From Psilocybe cubensis (lineage: Eukaryota), in NCBI GenBank assembly GCA_017499595.2, contig CM039003.1, forward strand, positions 186,001-250,000: 64,000 bases of DNA. The letters are read 5' to 3'. Below, in pieces: positions 1 to 11,761 of the stretch (within the stretch, counting starts at the first letter, position 1; every line of letters begins with the position of its first letter). The notes beneath the pieces are model-generated. The model ran no database searches. It worked only from the letters and a program-made list of their open reading frames with translations, and was not told the origin of the DNA. A program made the position numbers and the translations under genes.

Positions 1-122
1 AGAATCCCGAGGACGTTGGAGATGTCGGCACGTCTCTCAATGTTCTCGCTGGGGACGGGTGCAGCCAATGCGGAAAGGGCACCGAAGGAGAGCAGAGGAA
101 GGAAGAAGCGAGAGAAGAACAT
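1..122 (-). CDS. 5' end of a secreted protein, Sc15-like (runs off the window)
   Basis: Manual translation from ATG at 122: MFFSRFFLPLLSFGALSALAAPVPSENIERRADISNVLGI... It shows a signal peptide, an AAPVP propeptide and a dibasic RR site. TATATA lies ~90 nt upstream (~211). The Sc15 resemblance is from memory only. Confidence 0.6.
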   Translation of the reverse strand, partial: MFFSRFFLPLLSFGALSALAAPVPSENIERRADISNVLGI

Positions 123-1652
123 GTTGAGTAGATTGAGAGAAGCTAAGACTGTTGCTTAAGAAGAATTCAACTGTGAGTTGACTGAGGGAATGCAGAATAT
201 TAGGCCACCTTATATATGTTTTCCATATGACAAAACTTGTCGATAGTTTTTGAAGTCCACAAGGCACGTGGAAAGCTTGTACAGGTCATGGAAAGAGCAA
301 CATACGGCACGCGGTCCCAAAATAAACACCAATGAACATATCGAGTGATCTCCGCAACACGAAGGCAACATAATGTCAATGCACAGGCAGCGGATGCCTG
401 AGCAATGACGAAACCGCCTTCATTTTCTGGGAAAAACAGTCATGACAGAACATTAGGAGTATTGTGAACTTGCCGCGATTCCCATCCGATGTCAAAGCCC
501 ATCTGGGGTCTCCGAGGCCGCGGCCTGTCCTATGTAAAAATATGCAAAGAATATTGTCTCGACCAAATCTACGACCGTACACAGAACTTAAAACACCTTT
601 AGGCTATACGTCGAGCGAAACCTCATAGTTCCATTGAACCCTTGACTTGACATCCATCAAAAAAGACTTATACAAGCTCATGGAGGAGGTTCGGCCTCAT
701 AAAAGGACCTGCGTAGTAATTCCCAGTCAATCTACACCCTGCACGATTCACGCAAGGAGACATTTACAATAATATGTCATCACGTCATGCGAAAAGGGGA
801 CGACAAAAAAACAGCTTTCTGAGCTTATAGATCAATGTGCTGATGCTCTGCGGTTTATCTTCTCACCGACGCTCGGATGTTTGTAACTGGAACAATGAAT
901 CTCAAGAAGGTAGGTTTTTCCCCATAACGTGGTAAATTTGGGTCCGCTTGCGGGCATGCGCACTCGAGACGCTCACAATTCAGGAACACTTACAGGACTT
1001 ACAAAGTGGGGCTAAAGGAACGCAGTACCAGTCAATTAGATGTGACTGTTCACAAGGAGCAAGAAAATTTTATGACACAACTATAAGTATAGACGGATCA
1101 TCCCGAAAGTACATAAATAAGCAATGTACATACCATATTCATGAACAAAACATACGGATTTCGACAACGTTACAGGCGGAGCCGTGAGCGAATTACTTGT
1201 GCGTGGTAAATTATTATTGAGCAACTTCAAATTTTATGGCGCAATGCCATCATCGTTGTGGCTGTCATATGCCAGTTACTCGCACATCAAATCCCCTTGA
1301 ACATTTCCAACTCATCCCCCGTTACTGGAATGGTTCTATTGCCTATACACAATGTGTGAACATCAGAAATGCATTCCTTACGAATAGGTACAGCGAAATA
1401 TCTATTGAAACGTGTTCTAGGTCAACGTACATGTGCAATTGACAAACAGTAGTGGCCAAAGTCATGACCTGAACACTCCTAACTGTCTCCCGTTCGTTCG
1501 GCAAATCCAATTGATAAAGCGTCCGCCTTTCCTAGGTTATGTCATTGAAGACAGGCCTGGGTTGAGGCATATGGTGCTTCCAGAGCATGATCGATCACAT
1601 ACAGTCCTGAGAATCGTGTTGAACAATTATGATACTTGGATGGGGTCATAAT

Positions 1653-3926
1653 TAAACGGGGTTCAGGTGAAAGAGAAATCCGGAGTTGTGCTTCGCTGAC
1701 GATTGCTTAAACCCTTTTATTCTGCCAAAACCACGAGCAAGAGGCTCTTCGGGCTCGGGAGACCAAGTACTTCGCTCCACCGTGTCATAAGAGCTTGCGA
1801 ATGGATCATCAGAAAGGACACCATTATGCCGGAAAGAATTATTGGATTCACGGTGTTGAGTGCCTTCGGGACCCAGTCCCGATTTCTCCTGATCAGAGAG
1901 TCTACGGTTCTCTGGGCCCGGGGTCTGAGAAAAGGCTGCAAGCGATATCAGCGATTGAATAATGTATCAGACTGAATAAAAAACACGTACAGAAGCGACC
2001 GTTCTCATGAGCGAGGAAAAGATCTCGTCGCCTCCTGTTCCTCTGTCGTCCCTGTCGCCTGCACAGTAAAATAATACCGATTATTGAAAGGAACATTAAT
2101 CCGCCTATAGTTCCTGCTATAATGGGGGTAAGATTGGCATGGTTTGGCGAGTGAGAATTTACACTCGTTGCAGTGCTAATAGGAATGGTGGATGGTGGTA
2201 CGTTGGCATTCCTGGTTCCAGTAGCAAAGGGAATTGATGGAATGCTCGACGCAGGTGTATCACCCGGAAAGGTAACCATGGCTTGTGCAGGGAATGAAAG
2301 AGTTGAAAGAACTTGATCTGTTGTTGATGGAAGGTTACCCACAGAGACCAAGTCTCTATTGATCGTTGAAAGTGAGATAATATTAATGTCCGATGGTGTA
2401 GCTGTATCTGTAAGAAAAACGGCCGGTGTTGTTGATGGTGCTATGAAAAGAATGGCAGATGATATTGGTGTTGTTATCAAAAAAGTGGCGGATAATGTTG
2501 GTGTCGTGGGAGGAGTAGCGAATGTTGGCGGAGTTTCGACAACCACGTTATCAGTGTTGCTTACAACAGGCGGCACTATTCGATTGGAAAAAAGGACGTC
2601 AATGGCTGATATTGTGGAGGAAGATATCGGTGTTTCGACAACGACATCGTCTGTGTTGCTCGCAGACGGCAATATTCGATTGCTAAAAAGGACGTCGTGG
2701 GCTGATGTTGTATCTAGAGTAGTCGATATTGATGTTGTGGAAGATGATATCGGTGTCTCGACAACGTCAGTGATTGTGCTGCTCGCAGACTGCGGCACTA
2801 TTCGATTCGAAAAAAGGACGTCAATGGCTGATGTTGTGGAGGAAGATATCGATGTCTCGACAACGACATCATCTGTGTTGCTTGCAGAAGGCAATATTCG
2901 GTTGGTAAAAAGGACATCGTGGGCAAATGTTGTATCTAGAGTGGTCGATATTGACGTTGCGGAAGAAGATATCGGTGTCTCAACAACATCAGTGACTGTG
3001 TTGCTCGCAGACGGCGGCAATACTCGATTGGTAATAAGGATGTCATGGGCTGATGTTGTGCCAAGAGCGGCCGATACTGATGTCGTGGATGTTGTGGAGG
3101 AAGATATCGGTGTTTCAACAACAACATCACCTGTGTTGCTTGCAGAAGGCAATATTCGGTTGGTAAAAAGGACGTCATGAGTTGATGTTGTTGTGTCGAG
3201 ACTAGTCGATAGTGTTGATGTTATGGCGGAGGATATCGAAGTTTCGACAACCGCACTATTAGTTCCGTTTGCAGACGGTAATATTTGATTTTTGACAAGG
3301 ATGTTATGCGTTGAAGTTGTGCCAGCAGTGTCCGATAATGTTGATACTGTAAAGGAAGGAGTAGCTAATGATGTTGGAGTTTCGACAGCCAGGTTATCAG
3401 CGTTGCTTGAAGATGCCAAAGATCGAGGATTGGAGAAAAGAATGTCATGATCTGGCGTTATTTTCAATAAATCCAGACGAAAGAGAGAACCGTTGACCAT
3501 ATTGGTAATCACCAGGCTGTGTATACCGGGTTCAAGTACTGGGGATTGGTAGAACATCACTTGAAATTGGTCAACATCCATCGTCGATGTATTCGTTACA
3601 TTTTGTATGGGCAAGTTATCCAACTGATATGAGGTCTGCACTGGGCCAAACTTTGTACTGCTCAATGTTCCCCAGACGCTGACTGAAGTCCCTGTAAGTT
3701 ACAAACGTAAGATAGAACCCTCCTCCTAATCGGAACTCCTAAAAATGGACTCACCGTTGAACAAAAGACTTACGCTAGCTTGTGCTCTATCTGTCTGGGT
3801 GACCGTTTCGTTGAATTCCTGTCCATTTCCTTCTAGTGACCAGCTACTAGTGGAGTTGTCCTGTGGAGCAGATGTGTAAGTCAGTCTAGAATCCCGATCA
3901 TCGACTAGTATAATCTGAGTCGACAT
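1653..3926 (-). CDS. Ser/Thr-rich single-pass membrane protein with an N-terminal DDRD-type (galactose-binding-like) domain
   Basis: Exon 1 MSTQIILVDDRDSRLTY...LFNG is followed by a GTGAGT..CAG intron and the long ORF 1902-3665. That ORF has S/T repeats, a TM helix IIAGTIGGLMFLSIIGIILL and a basic stop-transfer RRQGRQRNRRRR. An intron near 1990-1937 leads to a cytoplasmic tail ending in TAA at ~1653. Confidence 0.75.
2520..3460 (-). repeat. Imperfect coding tandem repeats (~30-37 aa, about 8 copies)
   Basis: The motif (H/I)DVLF(S/T)NRI(L/V)P..AS.T.DVVVET(P/S)ISSS recurs in the ORF. At DNA level gaagatatcggtgt(c/t)tc(g/a)acaac recurs. Confidence 0.9.
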
Positions 3927-5004
3927 GGATCAGACGAAAGTCTAGGAGAGAGAGAGTCACTTGCAAAGGTAAGTGGGCGGTAAAGAGAATGGCTACACGC
4001 GCGAAGGTATATCAGTAGATGAACCCAAGGGATTCTGATACCGTACCCTCATCGACATCATGTACCTTGACATATCCTTGATTTTCCAGTTGAGCTACTA
4101 CATATTTGTTGTCATAAGAGCTAAATATATATGGTGCGCGACGCGATTTGCATAATTAAAAAGGTAGAATACGTCTGACAATAACTCACTTATCTGCGTT
4201 CACGTCGCTCATTCACGGTGTTAGGGGCGGTGCTGCCTCCAACGGCGTTCCCTCACAATATATCGTAAATGAAAGTTAACATGTGTATGAGCACAGACTG
4301 GCTACTTGAATGAGATTCTTCGGAGTGCTGGACAGGAATCAAGACGGCATCAGTGAGAAGTAGGATCGGGAACAACCAACATTTCAGGAGAAGGCCCAAG
4401 AAATATTCTAGATATTTTTGGGCACTTGCTTGTAGATTTCATACTCCGCTCCGTCGTTGCCGAACTGAGGCGGAGGCAACATATCAGGCTTATGTAATGG
4501 ATGATTCCTAGGCACAACATCGAATTTATTGCCCGCCCAGCTGGTGCCGAGATGTGCCGGGAGTGTGCCAAAGAACATATTGGCCATCAGCACCAAATCA
4601 GGAACCTGTTAGTATTGTTTACATATCTAAACTTGTGTTTGAGAGCTCAGAAAGTAAAAAAAAGAGAGTTTTCAATGGGTATGTTTAGCTCTGCGTGATT
4701 TTGTTCGACTGAAAACATACTTCAACTCTGCTGCCTGATGGAGTCCGTTGTGGTGAGAAATTGTCTTCCCTGAGCGAATGTTGTCTCCCTAACACGAATT
4801 CGTGAGCCTTCACCGCCATCGGTTACCTGATGCCTTGTATCATCATGATCATCATGACCATTAAAAGAATGAATTGTGGTTAAAGAATGCACTGTAGCGG
4901 GAGGTTGCGAGGCCCTAGTTCGGCCCGAACTTGTCTTCTGTCAAGATGTTACCTAAAAACATTCCCGTTAGGATTTTCCCAGGTCTTGCTCTCCTACTCT
5001 TGTC

Positions 5005-6660
5005 ATGTATGGCCTGTTAACCTTTTTCATTCCACGCGACTGGTTAGCATTCAGCATTTTACTAACTTTGCTTCTTTTTTCTCTCAAATATTACCATGCG
5101 TCTGGATACTTCAAACGCAAAAAGGATCCCATGGATCCAGATCCTGTCAGGAACTTCGAACTCAGTACCGCCCGAACTCGCAATCACCTCTACGTGAACA
5201 AGACAGTCCGCTTTCCGTATCATCAGGCATGTGGTAGAAATTCCCTCATCTGAGTTACAACGCTGATAGCACTGAGTAACCACGACAGACAATGGCTCAT
5301 CAGCCGATGCACATCAACGACTGGATTGAGATTGATAGTGATTATACGTGGTACATCCATGAGAAGACACGGGTCATAAATGAGCAAGGTAAGCTTCTTA
5401 CACAGCTTTTATAATCTCCTCACATATACGCAGGTAAACATGTCATTGATTCTTTGCCGGAGAACGATGATGCGTGCAATGAGCTTCTTGAGCTTCTGGT
5501 CAATTGGTTGCCAAAACGATACCCAAAATTGTTTGCAAATATTGGGAAAGACGGAATTTGGAACAAAGTTATCAACGAGCGGTTTGAACACACAAAAGAC
5601 GTCTATGGAGTTGACGCGTTGAAAATAATATCACGGTAGAGGCAAGCACAATTCTTTAGACAGTCACGATGCGCTAATTTTACACAGGCTAGTTCAAGAC
5701 GATTTTCTCATGGCTAGGGAGCGGGAAGATGGCCATATTTACTTCGTGGGGGGGCTTGTGGCGTTTCCGGGTGAGTCGTCTGACCTCGGAAGAAGGAGCA
5801 TCAAGTAATACATTAAACATCAGGATTCTATCTTTTGTCAGAAAAGATCAATATGTCATTGGAACAGGCACATGCACCCGTGCCTTACTTCAACGAAAAA
5901 CTCCTAAAAAGTGTAGAAAGGGTGCTCAAGCGCTTTGGGCCTAACGAACCATTTGAGAGAACGAGTTGGGAAATTGTCGATGACCGAAACTTATTCTTCC
6001 GTGAGTCAGTTTGCAACCATCATCCTTATCTCTGTCATATTCGTTATCATCATCAATAGACAACATTTCCAAGACAGGAAGTACAGTTCCCGAGGAGTTA
6101 CATCCAAAAGACTTGTTCTTTCGGGTAGATCATCAGACATTTAGAAAGCTTCGTCGGAGCAAAGGCATTATATTTGGAGTGTGAGTTCCTTTGGTCCAAG
6201 TACCTGTAAAGCTCAATGTACATGAGGCACACAGACGCCCAGTCTTGAAGAGGCTTGAAGATTTCGCTGACAGCCCATTGTTACCCGCCTTGCTTGCACG
6301 TGTGCATACCCAAGCGGACCGCGAACTAATGAATGCAAGTATTCCCATCAGCTTTTCAGTGGGGATAAGTCTCACGTCATTCTTGATGCAGTACAAACTC
6401 GCACCCATGTATCAAGATAAATTGATACCCTATCTTGAAGAGCTCCATGCCGAACAGATGCGCAAGGGCCTTATCAAGTTGAGTGTATCTGGTAGGCTTA
6501 TTTGTCGTTTCCGATTCTGAACGTGGATCGCAGAGAAGGCATTGACGTAGCTGACTTTCGAAGCTTGGTTGAGGAACCTCCTAGCACGCAGACATCGCTC
6601 CGTAATCCCACAGAGTCAGAGATTCGGATGACTCGCGGGTCTATGGGAGCCGACCTATGA
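5005..6660 (+). CDS. DUF3445 / heme-dependent oxidative N-demethylase alpha-subunit-like protein
   Basis: The spliced product contains PYHQTMAHQPMHINDWIEIDSDY, LPKRYP, LVQDDFL, AFPGF..SEKI, HAPVPYFNEKL, FERTSW and RVDHQTFRKL, which match this fungal family, plus an N-terminal TM segment. It has multiple short introns and a TGA at 6658-6660. Confidence 0.85.
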
Positions 6661-7183
6661 GAATAATTGAAGGAAATCATTCTCGCCAGCTTACATTTTA
6701 CATGTACCATCTTAACGTTGGTTTTAATGTCTCCAGCCACACATTTATTTGCAGGATCTATCTGTCATGCATTACTTTGCTATTAACAGAGCCAATTACA
6801 GTGGCATATATTCTGAATGCAGTTGATCGACAGACCATTGACTATGATGGAAGGTACTCGGCTCACCAAAGAAATCTATGAACCGCTATAGAAAATGGGT
6901 GACCTGCTCAACTGTAATTACTATGGACACTGATTCCCGTGCATTCAAAAAGTCTTCCATCCGAGGTCATTGTGACCGGATGCAACTACTTCCGCCAGTA
7001 CAAATGCGCAAGCTTCGCGACTCATGCGTCATCGAGCTCTAGCCCCTGATTTACAGCTGATTGCTCGCCGAGGACCATGGCCACCGTAAACGCTGCGCGC
7101 CACAGAATCTATATAAGCATCACAGATGAATGCCTCCTTGCTCAGCTCAAACACTAGTTACTGAATTAGCGCCCGTGATCAGC

Positions 7184-7590
7184 ATGCATTTCACTAGTAT
7201 CATCTCCCTAGTAGCACTGGTGTATTCCAGTCTCGCTTTTGCATTTTGCCCAGCATGTCCAGAATGCATCAAAGAGGTTTACTTCCTAACAAACCAAACT
7301 GATGGGAATTGCTTGTGAGTGCCATGTGTTGTCTAGAGATCAGAATATTTACTCCCAATGTTTGCTACACAGATATCGTGGCTATGGAAGACATAGATTA
7401 ACGTTTGAGTGCGACTATTGGGTATCAACCCGTTATATTTAGCGATCCTTGACGCTGTATAACCTAGAATTTTTAGCTCACAGGTCAATTTCGAAGAAGT
7501 ATTCCAGCTGGGGTGTCCGCGTGTCTTCAGGACGTGCCCTTGACAGAAGATGCCTGCAAGTTTTATACTGAGGGTGGTATTCATGATTGA
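7184..7590 (+). CDS. Small secreted cysteine-rich protein (3 exons)
   Basis: TATATAA at ~7110. Spliced product: MHFTSIISLVALVYSSLAFAFCPACPECIKEVYFLTNQTDGNCL / YRGYGRHRLTFECDYW / LTGQFRRSIPAGVSACLQDVPLTEDACKFYTEGGIHD*. The frame of the last exon is less certain. Confidence 0.65.
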
Positions 7591-9028
7591 CGATGTTGAT
7601 AAGACACTTTTATGTAGAGAATGTACTTTGGATGAGGCAGACTTCTTTCGTTCGGGAAATATTCATCTTCTGATATATGCAAGGGCTATATCTATCGATT
7701 TGGTTATTCTGAACAAAAATGGCTTAAATTGTGGAGAAGTCACGTATGCTTGAACTAACTGTCATCGCGTCCAACCCAAGAAATTAACTGTCCTGATAAG
7801 GGAGATTTTCCCTAGAAATACAGCTTCTTAGGCTAGCGCGACGAGAATGTATCGACGAAAAGTATGCCCGGCCCTTAGAGCTGGGATAAGGAATTATATG
7901 TGAGATTGGTACTGATTCAGTGCTACGGATGATCTTGGCCTAGTACGGCACATCATCCTTTTCGAATTGCGAAACGCGGGCGTGCCGAGAACACCGTTAT
8001 CCCGTGGGTCAGGGAGACGTATGTAATAGCGTTGCCTCCTGCCCCTATTTTACTGCAAGATGCATACTTAGCAAATGGCACGGAATGACACTGTAGACTG
8101 GGAGTTCAATTATGTTATAGAATCCTAGAATATTGGAGATAGTAGGGAGACAATTTTTTCCGCCAAAAGCTCCAGTTCAAGCACCCGCTTCTCTTTTGAC
8201 GTATAAAGGTGTGGGAAGGTATGAGGGCGTGGAGGTAGGCGCCCAATGAAACACCGTGACACGCGTCCCTATACCTGTTTCTTCCTTTATCCGCGTCGTT
8301 CTTATCTCATGTTGCTGACTGTCAATATGGTAGCTCACAGCCGGGGGCGATGTAATTGTCAATTTATTGAGGTCACCAAACGCACGGAGATACACCACTA
8401 GTAAGCAGGTTCCATGGAAATGCTCATGGGATTAGATGAAAATCACTTAAAAGATCCACTATTCATGTGAGGAGATTGATTATTTCTCTATAAAAGGAGG
8501 ATGTTAGTATAACGACGTGGTATGAGAGTATGCTACCATTCAAGACCCCCTGACGCGAAGGTCCTAGACTAGGCGCCCATTTGCGCATCAATATCCGAAA
8601 TAGAATCAAGGGGGGTCACAATGTGAAGGAAATTTAGGGGAATTTCGTGTATTAGCAGATCATCACTGGTTGTAAAAGTTACAGGATGCGAAGTGGTACT
8701 ACATGAAGTGAATAAAGGGCAGAACATGAAGTCCGATGCAATACATATTAACTTTTCAGACCATATGAATATCATGGTATCGTGAAGGATGTCGTGAAAG
8801 AGGGTGGGAGGCGTCGTGAAAATCGGAACAGAAGAGTATGTGCAGGGGGGGAAAGGGATAGGAGCGACATGCATACAAACACAGACCTGTGGGATGGTCG
8901 AAAAAGTAAGAAAAATAGAACGGAAAGGAAAAGATAGCAGGAAGGAAGTAAAGCAATACAAAGTAAAAGTACGTAGTAGGCTACCTGGATCTATGATATC
9001 ATGTCTATGGCAATACATGGTCAGTGTG

Positions 9029-11761
9029 CTACGAAGGTTCTCCTGTCCACCCATTCCTTTCGCTATAGCGCTGCAAAAGCAAATATAAGATACGCAGGAA
9101 AAGAACGAATCAAAAAAGGTAACCTACCTTCAGGTAATCGGCGACGGTCTGCTCCAGTTTCGTCTTGTCCTCCGCCCACGCCAACATTGGCAACTCCTGG
9201 GCACGTATTGGATCCAGTTTATTTTTCTTCAGGTAATCAATAAGTTCCACATCGGCCTCGGCCTGTTCGAGGTAGAAGGGAAGGTACTGCAGTCCTGCCT
9301 GGAACGTGTCTTTGGTTTTCTTCTCGCGGAAGATTTTGTCATCGTGCCCCTGTCGGTACCACGTCCATTCAGGTGGTAATGCATACGCGTAGAGCTTACC
9401 ACTGCAAACACAAGTAGATAAATCAGTATTTTTTTTCAAGTTTGCATATTCATGGAGAGAGACAAAAGGGCCAGATGAGAAACGCACGGAGTTTTAGGCT
9501 CAAAGAGATACTTGGCCAGGCGCAGAGCGACCCGGGTATAATGTGCGCGCGTGATCACCTGCCGGCCTGCTCGATCCTTGTCCGTGAGGAACTGTGAGAG
9601 CATATGTCGATAGGGGTCAAAGACTTGCTTAAGACCCATCAAATGAAGACTTCGTTTGTCAATCGCCTCCTTTTCGAGGCTTTCAGGTGGTGGGACACCC
9701 AACAGAGGCCACATGTGGAGCCAATCCCAAAGAAGATTAGGATAAGTGACGAACGTCAACAAATCGGTGAGGCTCTCATCCGCAAAATATGTTGATAGCT
9801 CGTTATGTAGATATTGGTCCCACGAACGTAGGTGACGGTCATGTAAATCTTTGGAGGGATCAGGGTAAGTCTGAAAATGTCATATGTTCAGAAATTGACA
9901 AACGGTGAGTGACGACGGAAATGAAAGAACGCCACGAGGTAAGACGTACGAGTGAACGGAACCAGTTAAACAGCAAGGGGAGTTCAGACCATGCTTGGTC
10001 GAATGGTCCCCCTCCGTCACTCCAAGTCTTGCATGTCGTCAGCCATATCGATATATCCAAATTGAGCAAATCCGTCAGTAGTTCGTGCGTCAAAACCGAA
10101 TGTCTGCAATGGGTAACAAGCGCTTGCCCCGCGTACTGATGGACAAATTTGTGACCTATAATAAGAACCCAACCGAGAAGTTATTTCAAGGCGATCTGAT
10201 TGTATTAATGAAGCACGGACCTGAAAGTAGATTACGTGCACAGGATCGCGCGAGTTCAGCGTGCACCTTGACGTTATTGATGAAATATCTGCCGGCTCTA
10301 GTTCTGTCTGTCAAAAAGTCGACGAGAGAGTGGTGGATGATTTGGATGCCAGTCTCGCCTGACTTGCTGCTGGGCGCAGCGGTCGAGTTACGTCTCGAAT
10401 CAGGGACTTCAAGAATAGAATGCAGGTCAGCAAGAATGAACGAAACGTCTCCACGGTTCAAAGATAGTAACTCTTCCATAAAACGCGGGTCTGTGACCGG
10501 AATCGGGAGCTCGGGTTCGGTGGGTGATCGTTTCTTCGAAAATGGCCTCTGCGAAAATAAGATGGCGCCCAGGATACGAAGCACACCTTTGATGTTATGA
10601 GCAGAGCTCAAAATATGCCGATATAGGCAATCGAGCTCTGTAAAAGGGATATCGACCATTGGATTCGAGATTCGTAAAACCGAATCTAAACGTTCCACGG
10701 GTCTATGTTGGGCAGAATCGACATATCTGATAACTGCTGAAGCATATGTATACTGACCAGCTGCACGCTGAGTCAACATCTGAATAGTTTGAGGAGTAGG
10801 CCATTGGGGAGGAATATATGTTCGTAGGGGATGCGTCTGCTTGATGTTATCGAATCTCGCCCAGAAAAATCGCTTGATCTCGGCATCCGTGAGGTAGTTG
10901 TCGTCAAGCACAATAGTATAGATAATGTCACGAAGATCATAAGAGTTGAACGAGTCACGAATAGGTGGTTCGGGTCGACTTGAGATGAGAATAAACAATG
11001 GAACACGCTTATGGATGAGCGCAGTTGACAGTATTCGGACAATGTAGCGCTGAACGTTTGCGCCCTGACATTCATCAAGCCCGTCAATTACCACGAGACG
11101 CGCCCATTTCTTAGACATTCGCTTATCCCCGAGAGCGTTATAGGCCTGCAATAATGGATTCACAATAAGTGATTGGAGTTGAGTTTCGAGGGAGCCGGCG
11201 AAGACGGATGGGTCGCTTTCAACCGCTTGGGCAATATATCGCCGTGTTTCGGGAATGGAGATGGATATTTGGTGTGCAAGAGTCGCCATGAAATGTTTTT
11301 CTGTGTTCAGACCTGCGATGCCCTTTGCAAAAAAGAACGAAGCCGCCAGCAGCCCACGTTCATCACAGAATTGACAGATAGCTTGAGCGATAGAAGACTT
11401 CCCTGCGCCACTTGGTCCATACACCCATAGCATCCCATAATCCCTCCTCACATCATCTAGCCAACTCGTTATCATCGATAAAATGGAGCTTCGTGTCCGT
11501 GGCTGGCATTTAGGGTCGTCAAACTTTCGTCCCGAATTGTATGCCGCTCCGGGTGCAATCCTTCGTTCGAGAGTGTCCGTCCCTTGAAAGCACCAATATG
11601 AATCGTGGTTTCTCATTCTTGCACACATGGGAATGTCACTATAACACACCTCGACGACCACTGGGCGCCACAGCGTGTTCACCAATGCTTTTGCTGGAGG
11701 GTCTGCCATTCTTGAGACTTGAAGCATGAGACTGGTGGGACATCCCGGGAGATACGAGCAT
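9029..11761 (-). CDS. NACHT (STAND NTPase) fungal NLR-like protein
   Basis: Contains AAYNS...PKCQPRTR, Walker A GPSGAGKS, AASFFF, Walker B LVVIDGLDEC, ISSRPEPPI, GQYTYASAVIRYV, ELDCLYRHIL and HHSLVDFLTDRTRAG. A short first exon starts at ATG 11761; several 3' exons end in RYSERNGWTGEPS* at 9029. Confidence 0.88.

Noticed and set aside
2359-3180. 273-aa plus-strand ORF
   Set aside because: Antisense shadow of the Ser/Thr repeat gene.
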